DNA of 64,000 nucleotides from Octopus sinensis (Eukaryota): contig NC_043003.1 of the NCBI RefSeq assembly GCF_006345805.1, positions 103,726,001-103,790,000 on the forward strand. The letters run 5' to 3'. The translations under genes were made by a program, and so were the position numbers. The notes beneath the pieces are model-generated. The model did not search any database and was not told where the DNA came from. It saw nothing but the letters and a program-made list of their open reading frames with translations. Below are positions 11,640-24,573 of this stretch, piece by piece; the stretch's first letter is position 1; each line of letters starts with the position of its first letter.

Positions 11640-12175
11640 CTCCCACCGAATTTATTTTCTCATAACTTTCTAAAAACTTTGTATTTTCTCATGAAATTTT
11701 CTGCAAATACCTTTCAGATAGTGTAGATTATGATTATATTGAAATTTGTGGTGAAAATGTTTTTCGAAGAGGGTGGTTGTGAAGTTCCATATAATTCGGG
11801 TGGCTGTGGAGTTTCGTATAATTCGCGAGTGTTCTTTGTTTTCTCATAACTTTCAGAAAAATGGATAATTTTAAATGAAATTTTCTGCAAATACTCTTCA
11901 GAGGATGTAGATTATGATTATATGTCGGAATTTAATGTAAGTGAGAAAACAAAATTGGTAGACGTGCATTATTTTTCATTTTTTTTTTTCAAGTTTCACT
12001 TTGTAATTGGGTACATACGCGCATAGTAACCCCACCCAACATTAAATTCCGAAATAATCGTGATCTGCACCATTTGAAACATATTTGTTGAAGATTTCAT
12101 TAAAAAACATTCATTTTCCTAAAAATCGTGAGAATATCAAAATTCGGGGTAACAAATTCGAGTGGGGGCACCTTT
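11640..12175. repeat. Unclassified element with internal direct and inverted subrepeats
   Basis: TTTTCTCATAACTTTC...GAAATTTTCTGCAAATAC..TGTAGATTATGATTATAT occurs at ~11654-11740 and ~11840-11925, with a diverged inverted copy at ~12045-12140. Confidence 0.55.
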
Positions 12176-13552
12176 GTATAGGTATGCTCGTAGGAATTGA
12201 AGCGTGTTGCACGTCGAGTGATATTATGTGTGTGTGATCCAACCATGGCAACTCCTTCTTCTGTCGTCTTTCGCCTTCTTCTGGTTAATCAAAACAACAA
12301 TAATTGTGTCGAGCTGCTTCTAACGAGAGGTTGATTTTTATATTTTTATTGATCGTGATCATGTTGGTTATATTTATAAACGTAGTAATTCGTTAGCTTT
12401 TTCTCTCTCTCTCTCACACATACACGTGCACATCCATATTCTCTCTCTCTCTCTCTCTCTCGCGCTTAATCACGTATACACATTTACACAAATTACGTTC
12501 ATATCCATGTCCACACACACACATTTGTTTTCCCTTGTTCATATTTCTATCAGCTTTTAAATGAGTACTTCTTTAGCTGCATGTTTGTCTTGGTCCATCA
12601 GGCTCACGACTAAACCGATACATAAGGCCAAAAACCGTTGAAAAACACTATGCTAGAATATTATAAGAATTAACAGGTTTACCAGTCTGCGTGTATGCAC
12701 GTATGCAGTGTTTTTTTTCTTCTTTTGTTTTTACTGGTTTAAGTCATGCTGCAATCCTGCTGGAGCCCCACCTTACCACCTTCAAGGATACAGGTCAATT
12801 ATATTGCTTTCAAAATTTGGCACAACGCCAGCAATTTTGTGGTTGGGGTGCGGGAGGGGCAAGTCGATTACATCGACCCCAGTGCTCAACTAATGCTCAT
12901 TTTATCGACCCTGAAAAGTCAAAGTCATTCTCGGCCGAATTTGAACTTAGAACATCAAGATAGACAAAATGCTACTAAGCATTTTGTCCAGTGTGCTAAT
13001 GGTTCTACCTGCTCACCGCATTATATAAGGCACTTATATTACATGATTGATACCTGTTTTATCAGGCTTGAAATGATGTGAAAGCAAAATCTGAACTCAC
13101 AACATGAACATAACCAAATGTTACTAGGTATTTTGTGTGATGCAATATCAATCTGCCATTCACATATTTTTAAAAATTTTATCTAGTTTCAGCTCACGAG
13201 CTGTGGCCATGCTGGGGCACCGCCATTTGGTGTTGCTACATGATTTTACTTCACGAATGCTTTTTAGCAACTGCCATTTGGTGCATGAGAGAGTTCGATG
13301 CAGCTGCCCTCATCTGCACCTCCTGCCATGAAGTTGGTTCATCTGGGACATTTTGTATATAAAACATTATATATATATATATATATATATATTAAGGTAT
13401 GTAGAAAAATACAACATGGACAAGAACGTATAACTCTTAGAAGACGATACAATAAACACGGACAGGACATTCGAAACCCTCAGTCTTCAGTCAAGAACCG
13501 GATCATCGTAGTAATTTCGGCTGATTAATCTTGATATATATATACATTCTTC

Positions 13553-13586
<34 letters not shown>

Positions 13587-13670
13587 TCTTCATTTTTAAT
13601 ATATATATATTATATATATATACATTCTTCATTTATAATATATATATATATATATATATATACATTCTTC

Positions 13671-13701
<31 letters not shown>

Positions 13702-13910
13702 ATGTGACCACATGTGTACCGTTGTTGATTTTTTTTCCTCCGTCTTCCTTTCCTTGGATCTTTCCTTTTCCTATGTTTCTGACAAAGCGCTCCACTCGAA
13801 ACGTTAAACCCTCAATCTTTCCTGAGCGTCCAATAATACTATACTTGTTCCACGTCCTTGTGTTGTTTTTTTCTCTTTGTGTTTTCATGTTTGGATTAAC
13901 TTTATATATT

Positions 13911-13942
<32 letters not shown>

Positions 13943-13998
13943 CACACACATACATATATATACATACACACATATATACACACACACACACACAACAT

Positions 13999-14047
<49 letters not shown>

Positions 14048-14479
14048 CATGTTGTTTACATCTGTTTCTATAGAATACATCTATAATACATACATCTTTG
14101 TTTACAATTTTCCTAAAATATCTGTCATTTTAAAAATATTTTTAGGAGTTCAAGATCCTGGTAATTTAAGTCTGGAGAATTTGGTTTACAAGAATCAGAA
14201 AAATAGACAACCAAAAGAAGAAGACCGGCATTATGGAAGAACCTCAAGTAGGATTCTGTGAATGGCATCAGTACTAATCCTAGCCTTCTCAAACAGAAGA
14301 TATGTAAAAGAATTTATTACACCACAGATAATAAGTCTGTTGGTGTTGAAATTCCAAGCATCAGTTAAGTAAACCCGGTAGCTAAAAATGCTACTGCCTC
14401 TTTAAATCAAACTGTCTATTGGTCTTAATAAATTCCACTAAAAATAAATTTTCACAAGGAATCCACTGCCAGTATAGTA

Positions 14480-14970
14480 ATGGCAGCCTCACTCTCATTG
14501 CCATCTCGTCCGGCAACTAGAAACTGTAAAATAAATATGAATAAAAGCTGTGTAAATGTAACAATGAATGGCTCACCTCATAGAACTCCTCATGCCACTT
14601 CTGCACCAGCTTCAGCAAAGGCCCAAATTTCCAAGAAGACTATTGTTCAAAATGGTTTTCTTCAGAATGGATTTGTATCACCACTGCTCTCCAAGAATGA
14701 AAGAAGACTATCACCGGTCAAGCAAAAAACACTCCCTCGCAGGAGGAAGAGATCTCAAAGGATAAAAACATTGATGGATACATCAAGAAGACTTTCTACA
14801 TGTTCAACACCTAGAAGAAAAACCAGAAGGAAAATTCTCAAAGATAGGTGTCAGAGAACTGCGGTGAATAAACTAGGTTCTGAGAAGAAAAGCATTACAG
14901 TGTCATTGAAAAAGAAGTTGTCTAAAACTAACTCTATTAGTTCAGCCACACAGTTCAGGACAAAAATGAA
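14480..14970 (+). CDS. Coding exon 1: basic, Ser/Pro-rich N-terminus
   Basis: ORF MAASLSLPSRP...TQFRTKM, with an in-frame upstream TAA at 14429, donor AA|GTAAGT at 14971, and candidate acceptors at 14145 and 14458. Confidence 0.8.
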
Positions 14971-17900
14971 GTAAGTGTTTTTTGGTTTTCCTTTCTAAGA
15001 TAGTTTTGGCTACAGTCATACAAGAGTTTGTCTTATCCATTATCATCATCCATGCTGACATTGGTTGGATGGTTTGACAGGATCTCATGGATCTGAGAAT
15101 CAGGCTCCCATTTCTGCTTTGGCATGGTTGGATACACTTACAGAATGTACTTAGTTTTTTTTTCCTTTTGTGTGTGTGTGACACCAACGCCATTGAGGTC
15201 ACCACACAGACTCAGATGGGTTTCTTGTTGTAGAGGAGCTACTTGGCTAATCACATTATGGCAGAGTGGGTAAGGCAGCAAGCTGGCAGAATTGTTAGCA
15301 TGACAGGCGATGTGCTTAGCAGTATTTTGTCTGTTGCTACATTCTGAGTTCAAATTCCACTGAGGTTGACTTTGCCTTTCATCCTTTCAAGGTTGATAAA
15401 TTAAGTACTAGTTGAGTACTGGAGTCGATGTAATCGACTTGCCCCTTCCCCCAACATTTCAGGCCTTGTGGGTATAGTAGAAAGGATTATAGAAGGGAAA
15501 TTGTAGTTGTGATACCTGTGCCGGTGGCACGTAAAATGCACCATCCGAACGTGGCCGATGCCAGCGCCGCCTTGACTGGATTCTGTGCCGGTGGCACGTA
15601 AAAAGAACCAACTGATTGTGGCCGCTGCCAGCCTCCCCTGGCACCTGTGCCGGTGGCATGTAAAAAGCACCCACTACACTCTTGGAGTGGTTGGCATTAG
15701 GAAGGGCATCCAGCTGTAGAAACACTGCCAGATCAGACTGGAGCCTGGTGCAGCCTCCTGGCTTACCAGACCACGGTTGAACCGTCCAACTCATGCTAGC
15801 ATGGAAAATGGATGTTAAACGATGATGATGATGATGGGTGGGAGTAACCGAGGTAGAGCTAGTAAGATTAAATAGAGGTGATAAGGTTTCAGGGTAAATG
15901 AGACAAAACGACAGGGGATGAGGGTGGATAGAAATTGAAAGAGTGTACAGTAATATCTCACTTTATGAAGACCTGCTTTACAAGACTGCGGGTTTATGAG
16001 TTTTATTTTTCAGCTCACTTTTGTATGATGAACTGAAATTTTTCAAGCACAAGATCCAAATTTTGAACGAAGTGCAAAAGTTTCTACCACTACAACAAAT
16101 ACTTCTGCATGTTACTGAGAATTTTATAGAGAGTGAAAAAAAAAAAGCTTCTTCTAAGCAAACAACTCTAGACTTGTCTTTGAAAAACAAATCTACAAGT
16201 TTGTCTACGAGTGCTTGTGAATCGGTGATCTACAAGTGATAGTGTGTGCGAGTCTAGTGCTAGGAAAAGTGATTCAGAAAATGATTATAATAATATTTTT
16301 TTTTATGAATGATTTTGACTTTTTTTTACTTTTGTGGCATTATTGTATATGGAGAATGAGGAATGGGTAAAGGTGCAAATAATAATACAGTTTAAGGGTG
16401 GTCAATGGTAAATATACATTAGTGGGAAAGTAAGGAGTAGATGATGATGTGTATAGAGATTGAGTAGGGTTGAGGAGTGGATGTAGTGAATAGTGGACAA
16501 AGGTGGAGGGTGGGGTGACACAATTCTACATAGCTTCACCAGATGGTGACATGCTTTTGCAACTATCATGTTATGACAATACAAGGAGACATTAACACAC
16601 ACCTATATATATATATATATATATATACTATGTCTACAAAATCTATTCATAAGGCATTGGTCAGCCTAAGGCTTGAGCAGAAGACACTTGCCCAAAGTGT
16701 GATGTGGTGAGACTGAATCTAACACCATTTGCTTGGTGGCAAACAAACTTCATAACTTCACAGTCATGCCTGACCCTCCGAAATAATAAAACTGTGTAGC
16801 AAAATTTTTATATTTTTGCTTTGGGTAAATAAATGTTATTTTCTGTACCCTTCAATCTTTGTTTTTGTGATCTGGTCATCAAAGATTTGAAACTGACCTG
16901 TTTTCCATTACATTTCAGACAGATTCAGTGTTGAGTTATTGAAGCAGAAATATCATTATAGTAAATATTTTGCTCAATACCACAGATTCACTTGTTAGTT
17001 ACTTGACTGTAACTACTTGAGCATGTCTCTTAGTGGCTGACAATATGTGCATCTCTGATCATGTGCGGGAGTAGTGACAGGGGTATCATAGCCATATGTT
17101 GAGAGGGATTCTTTGGGGTTTGAATAAATGTAACAAAAGCAAAGTTTGAAGGAAATATTAACCATTTTTCATATTTCCTTGGGATAAGCAAATAGGAAAT
17201 AACAGTTGCTACCCAAGGACAAAAATCATGGGGATCTTTTCGCTTTGACCAGCAGATTTTAAAAATAATTTCTTTGTAACTAAAAAATATTAAACTCCGT
17301 ATACTGGTAGAATGTGTTTATAAAACATCTTTTTCTCTTGGCTTTCTTGAGAAAATTCTGTAGTTTGTAAGCTATTTGGTCTTTAATTTCTTGCATTTCG
17401 GCAATTTCAACCAATCAATGACGTCTATTGAGGTGAAAACGATTTCTGCCATAATGTATCAACAACAATTATTTCCGGTGTCATATGAAATTGTCCCTGT
17501 TATTTATGAGAAAAAAGATACTCTGTGGCCATAAAATGAGGAGTCACTCATAAACAGAGGTGAATAACAAAACCGTTCCCTCTTTAGTGTCCACCCATAA
17601 TTATGACCCTAGTATCAATCTATTACATTTCAATCTGTTTTAGGATTAGGGTTAAGGGTGGGGGGAAGGGTATCTTTTTTTCTTCAGAAATGTAAATAAA
17701 CCCAATCTGTTTCTTAAACGAATATATATGTAATGTGTATATCTGTGCAACAGAGAGGAAAATTAAAACTGCATATGTTGTGAACTTAGAATATGTGTTT
17801 ATTAATAAAAGTTTAATAACGATAATCTTTTATTCATACGAATGTAACTGATATGAAATATGTCATAAATAACAGGGACAATTTCATGTTGACACATTAC

Positions 17901-18776
17901 GGCACAGAATGTTTTCACCTCAATAGACGTCATTGATTGGTTCGAAATGCAAGAAATTAAAGACCAAATATCTTACAAACTATAGAATTTTCTCAAGAAA
18001 GCCAAGAGAAAACAATGTTTTATAAACACATTCTACCAGTATACAAAGTTTAACATTTTTTAGTTACAAAGAAATTATTTTTAAAATCTGCTGGTCAAAG
18101 CGAAAAGATCCAGTCATGGTATACATTATAAGTATTATTTTTACTTATTACAAGAAAGAGAGGCAGGTGCTGTGACTTCTGTTCTTCCCAGGTAGTAAGA
18201 TTGATGTAGTTAATTTTTTGCCTTCATCCTTATATGAAGGTTGATGCCTGTAAAAGAAAAAGAGGATATTGCATAGAGCTACAATTCTGGTGGAAGTACT
18301 TAGTATGCGATCTAAGATCGAGGTACATTAGATTGATGAGAAGAAGTGCATTGGGTGAGCTTGGACAAAGGCGGTGCAAACAATGTTAATTGAGGAATTG
18401 AGGAACACAGAAGTTATTATAGAAATAGAAGAAAGAGACAGAGGAAAGATATAACATGTATAAAAATAGGTTTCTGGTTATAATTTCACTGTTAATATTC
18501 ATGAGAAAGATTTTACTGAATGCCACAACATCCTATTTGATATTTTCTTGTGAATTTGAAGCTTTGCACCTATGTAAGAAATTAATATTTTATGTCACTA
18601 AATCCTTTGAGAAACACTTTGTCATATTCATATTCAGTATATCCAAATCCTTGTGCCTGCATAACAAATGAATTTAATTTTTCTTATTGTTTTTCTATGT
18701 TTTGTGAGGGTGAGCAGATCAATTTCCAAGATTCAGTCTACTTCAGGGAATAAATTGTAAGTATCTATCGTCTAAG

Positions 18777-18827
<51 letters not shown>

Positions 18828-21800
18828 TACATATGAAAATAGTAATGCAATACGAGAGTATTGCTTTCCAGTAAAGGATAGCCCGTGAGGGTAAAATTAT
18901 ACATAAAAGTAAATAAATGGTACAACGAAGCACTAATATATCTATTTTCCAGTAGATATCGGTGCTTCGTTGTACCATTTATTTACTTTTATGTATATAC
19001 ATACGTATATATATATATAAGTGGTTGTCTAAGAAATATATATATATATATATATAAGTGGTTGGCGTTAGGAAGGGCATCCAGCTGTAGAAACTCTACC
19101 AGATCAGATTGGACTCTGGTGCAGCCATCTGGTTTGCCAGACCTCAGTCAAATTGTCCAACCCATGCTAGCATGGAAAGCGGACATTAAACGATGATGAT
19201 GATATATATATATATATACTCGTGCGCACACACACACCTTAACATATATGTATATATTGGGTTGGCAAGAAAGTAATTTCAGTTTTTTAGTGTGAAATAA
19301 AAGTCTTTTGTTTGATGACCATTTACTATCTCTCTGGCAACTTCATGATTCCACACTCATAGAACTTCTGGTCCTTATCAACCAAAAGTGAAGTAAGTGC
19401 AATTTCAGTTCATCATCATTATTGAAAGTTTAACCATTCAAAGAATTTTGCAAACTTCGAAATAAATGGTAATCTGATGGTGCAAGGTCAGGGCTATATG
19501 GTGGATGTGACATCACTTCCCAACTAAGCTCCAATACTTTTTCATGAGTTAGCAAATACATGTATGGTCTAGTGTTATCATGGTGGAACACGATTCCTTC
19601 ATGATTTGCCAATTATGGCCATTTTTCTTTGATTGCTTCCTCCAGTTTCATTAGTTGTTGACAGTAAACACCTAAATTGATTGTTTGGTTCCTTGGAAGC
19701 AGCTCAAAATACAAAATACCATTGTAGTCCCACCAAATTGACAGCATGACCTTTTTTTCGGGCAGTTCAGCATTCGATGTGGTTTGTGCTGGTTCATTAC
19801 GCTTGGACCATGATCGTTTTTGATTGAGGTTATTGTAGACAATCCATTTTTCATCACCAGTGATGATTCGTTTCAAAAAAAGGGTCAGTTTCATTGCCTT
19901 TGGGATGCAAATCTCAAATATTGATTTGTTGTGTTAAGTGAATCTCTTTCAATTTATGTGGAACACAAATATCGAGCTTCTTAACGAGTCCAAGACATTT
20001 TAAGTGATTTTCAATTGTTGTGTGTGATACATTTAACCTCTCTGCAATCTCTCGCACAGTTATACGACAATCATTCAATAACGGCTTTGATTTGGTCATC
20101 ACCAACTTCAATAGGTTGACCAGAACATTGGTCATCTTTGAGTGAAAAATCTCCAGAATGGAATTTTTAAAGTCATTTCTGACAGGTGCATTTTGTCAGG
20201 TGCATTCTGTCAGGTGCATTCTGACAGGTGCATTCTGTCAGGTGCATTCTGACAGGTGCATTCTGTCAGGTGCATTCTGACAGGTGCATTCTGACAGGTG
20301 CATTCTGTCAGGTGCATTCTGACAGGTGCATTCTGACAGGTGCATTCTGACAGGTGCATTCTGACAGGTGCATTCTGACAGGTGCATTCTGTCAGGTGCA
20401 TTCTGACAGGTGCATTCTGACAGGTGCATTCTGACAGGTGCATTCTGACAGGTGCATTCTGTCAGGTGCATTCTGACAGGTGCATTCTGACAGGTGCATT
20501 CTGTCAGGTGCATTCTGTCAGGTGCATTCTGACAGGTGCATTCTGTCAGGTGCATTCTGACAGGTGCATTCTGTCAGGTGCATTCTGACAGGTGCATTCT
20601 GTCAGGTGCATTCTGTCAGGTGCATTCTGACAGGTGCATTCTGTCAGGTGCATTCTGGCAGGTGCATTCTGGCAGGTGCATTCTGTCAGGTGCATTCTGA
20701 CAGGTGCATTCTGACAGGTGCATTCTGTCAGGTGCATTCTGTCCACCATAAACTTCACGTATCTCTTTGTGGGCTTTGGCAGCTTTCTTGCTTTTACAGA
20801 AATAAAAAAGTAAAATATGGCCAAAATGTTCGTTTTTGCACTCCATGTTAAAATTGACACTGAACTGACAGCTGTAAACAAAATTACAGGTAATTTGCTT
20901 CTAAAGTAAGCTAAAAGTAACGGCTATCAAATGTCAAAAGGAAAAAATCATAACATTGACACAAGTCATTAAAAAAAATGTAACTCTATTTGCGAAAAAT
21001 GAAATAACTTTCTTGCCAATCCAGAATATATACATTGTGTGTGTGTTATCCCATAAATAATGTGTTTTTTTATACTTCTTTTATTCTTCAAAATTGAGAT
21101 AAACAAAGTTCTTTTTTAATCTAAAATATACTCTCCTTCATTTTCTTCCATCTATCTGGTAGACTTGCAAAGCCTCTCTTCCAAAATTCACTTGTCTGTG
21201 ACGAAAAATACTCTTCCACTACCGTTCTGATCTCGTCTACAGAATTCGTATTTTTTCTGCCCAAATGATTTTGATAATTAGATGGGGTGAATTTGGTGGG
21301 TGGGGCATCGTTTCCCATTCAAACTGCTCCAGCATTTGGAATATCATCCTCACTGTATGTGGCCAAGCGATGGAAGAACACCTTTTGTCTTGAAACCAAA
21401 GATGGTTGTTTTTCTTCTAACACTGACTTGAATGACTGGTTGAATGACCAAATCCAAGCTTCTCTGCTAGTTCTTCAACAGTTACAATGGGATTTTGTTC
21501 CACTAGGGTTTGCAGGAAGTCCTCGTCAAGCTCTACAGATCTTCCAGGATGAGGCTCATCTTCTGGGCTGTAGTCTCTGGCTTAGAATTTCTGGAACCAC
21601 AGTTGAGACTGGCTTAGGCTTATTATCCAATCCCCATATATTGCATTTAACCATTTAGCATTTAGATTAATCTGTCAAAGCCTGTAAAGCCTGTTTAATT
21701 ACATTCTTTTAAATTAATTGTACAGCATCTTGTAACTCTGAGAGTTTATTTTTAGAATGACTTTGTAGGGTAGGTGTGAGAGGTCAGAGCTGGCTGGTTT

Positions 21801-24528
21801 GAGCATAAAACAGGAAGACAATTTTGGCCTGATATGGCCGGTTTAAACACTAAAGAGTTAATATTCCTCACACTTTCCATTGAATTGTTGCCTTTGTTGA
21901 TCTCATAAAGCACTTTCTTTTTCTATTATAGAAGATCCCAGAGATTGAGCCAACAGACATCTTCACCTCCAAGATCTTCAAGACAACCAATGTAATTGAG
22001 ATTTCTGTCACACTCTTTTTGAAGTCATGGTGGTGGTGGTGGTGTACATGGCATTTCTTGCAATGATTGTATTGAGGAAAATTGGTGTATCTGGCAGTAC
22101 TAGTATTGATGGTAGAGGGAGATGATTGTGATGATACGAAGTGCATTACAGAAGTTTTAAGACTTTTTGAGGAGAGGCAGTTGTAACTGTCCTAGATTAT
22201 TGTAATTTAAGTATCATTATCCGAGCGTGATCGTTGCCAGAGCGGCTGTCTGGCCTCCGTTCCGGTGGCACGTAAAAGACACCATCACTCCAGTGCAAAA
22301 TACAACAAATGAAAAATTACTAGTGGTCAGGTGTTTCTGAGAAAATTCAGTAAAGACTCATAACCAATATATCACTTAACCAAACAACTCTTTAGTCCTC
22401 AATCTTTATCTATAGAACTTCTTGCATCTAAGGACGATTCCTTTGTCTTAATGGATCGTGAGGATATCGTGAAACACTGTAATGAGCGCTTAACTGTTCA
22501 TTCTGCCTCAAATGGACCATTTCCCTACCAATAAAAAAAAAAAATGTTTTATATATATATAAGCACAAGCATGGCTGTGTGGTAAGAAATTTGCTTCTCA
22601 ACCACATGGTTCAGGGTTCTCTCCTGCTGCAGAGTACCATCAGGCCTTGTGAGTGGATTTGGTAGAGGGAAAATGAAAGAAGCCTGTCGTGTGTGTTTAT
22701 TTTTGTTCCCCTCTGCTTGAAAAACATTTAAGTCCCCATAATTTAGCAGTTTGGCAAAAGAGACCAATAGAATAAATACCAGGCTTGAAAAGACAATAAG
22801 TACTGGAACTGACTAGTTTGACTAAAATTTCTCAAGGTAGTGCCCCAGCATGGCCACAGTCTAATGACTGAAACAAAATAAAAGATAAAAGATATCACAT
22901 GTGCATGTGTATGCATAGAAAGATGGGTGATAACACTATGATGGTCATGATATTGATAATTTTATTGTGCAATTAATAACCTCATCAACCAGCCAGTGAT
23001 AGAGACAGGGTTAAACCCCTGTTGATCATTTCTGTCTTAGATATGTTTAACATTATTTTATTACAACTTTTGTACATAATTCATGATTGTTATTGTTATT
23101 TTCAGAAATAGCGAAGTAACTCGTACTCCAAAAATGGACCCATCTCCAAGTCTACCAACCATGATGTAAGTTGAGGATTCTATTCTTGAGTGTGTGTGAG
23201 TGTATGTGGATACCATCACCATCATTTACCATCCATCTTCCATGCTGGTATGGGTTAGACGGTTTGACAGGGTCCAATGGGTAGAGAAACTGCATTGAGC
23301 TCTAATGTTCTCTTTGGCATGCTTTCAAAGGCTGGATGTCCTTCCTAATGTCAACCACCTATTGTACTAAATACTATTTTTGTTGGCACCAACACTAGTG
23401 TAGTTGACATGTGACTTGCAAGATTAAAAAAACCCTTCAACTTTCTGGGAGTAAAGGAGATGGGAGGCAGTGTTTCATCATAGAGAAAAAAGAACAGATT
23501 TCTTGCTATAGAGGAGATACATGGCAACAATGAATTATATTTGGGTTATATAAAGGTGGGAGTGAGATTTTGTGGTGGAACTGAAAACTCTGTATGTATA
23601 TGTATATATATATATATGTGTGTGTGTATGTATTTATAAATGGATATATATATATACAGGGTGCGATGGGTAAATTGTTGCCATCTTATATTTTTTATTT
23701 TGTGCATGCACATTGCTTGTTTTTGATTTTGCTGACTACACACTATAGTAGGGTCAGTTGGGTACTGTCAGTGAGAAAAACAGCACCATTACACAATTCA
23801 CTCTGCCAGTAATTAGGAAACGACATGTGGTACTGCTTGGCATTTGAGCCAGAAGCTCCAATACAAACATTTCAGAGTGTTTGGGTGTCAATCTGAGGAC
23901 ATACACCAAGAGTGATAAAAATCAAACATCCCGTCAACATCACATCATGATGTTTGGAATGATCACTAGTGATGACGACATTATGCCTCCATTCATCTTC
24001 CCACACGGCCTCAGACTCAACATGGAGGCCTACATCAAGTGCCTGGAGGAGGTAGTGCTGCCCTGAGTCACGAGGGTGGCTGCTGGAAGACCCTATGTCT
24101 GGCAACAGGACTCTGCACCATGCCACACAAGCAAGAGAACCCAGTCATGGCCGTCAGAGAATTTCTGCAACCGCATCACCCCTAACATCTGGCCACCTAA
24201 CTCTCCAGACTGCAACCCCCTTGATTATTATGCGTGGGGTGCAGTTGAACAAGAGACCAACAAAACTCCTTGTAACACCAAAGATTAACTGAAGGCAAGG
24301 ATTATGGCAGTATTCACCAACTTAAACAAGGAGACCATCCAGTAGAGTCGCAGGAGATTCTGAAGTCATCTGGAGGCTGTGGTTGAAGCCAATGGCGATT
24401 TTATTGAGTAAATTTACTCTTTAGTATTTCAAGATATTTTTATATAATTTTGGTAAATATATCTGTTAAAATGAGATGTCAATGTTATTTTCATTTTTAT
24501 GTAATTTGGGCAGCAGTTTATTCACTGC

Positions 24529-24573
<45 letters not shown>

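Noticed and set aside
14429-14479. N-terminal extension through the acceptor at 14458 (ESTASIV-M)
   Set aside because: No upstream exon was found that supplies an in-frame phase-0 coding start; kept open as an alternative UTR acceptor.
20179-20743. CRISPR-like array, or a repetitive protein (MHLTECTCQNAP)n
   Set aside because: The units are contiguous 14-mers with no spacers and no cas genes are present. The ORFs are by-products of the repeat inside a dead mariner.
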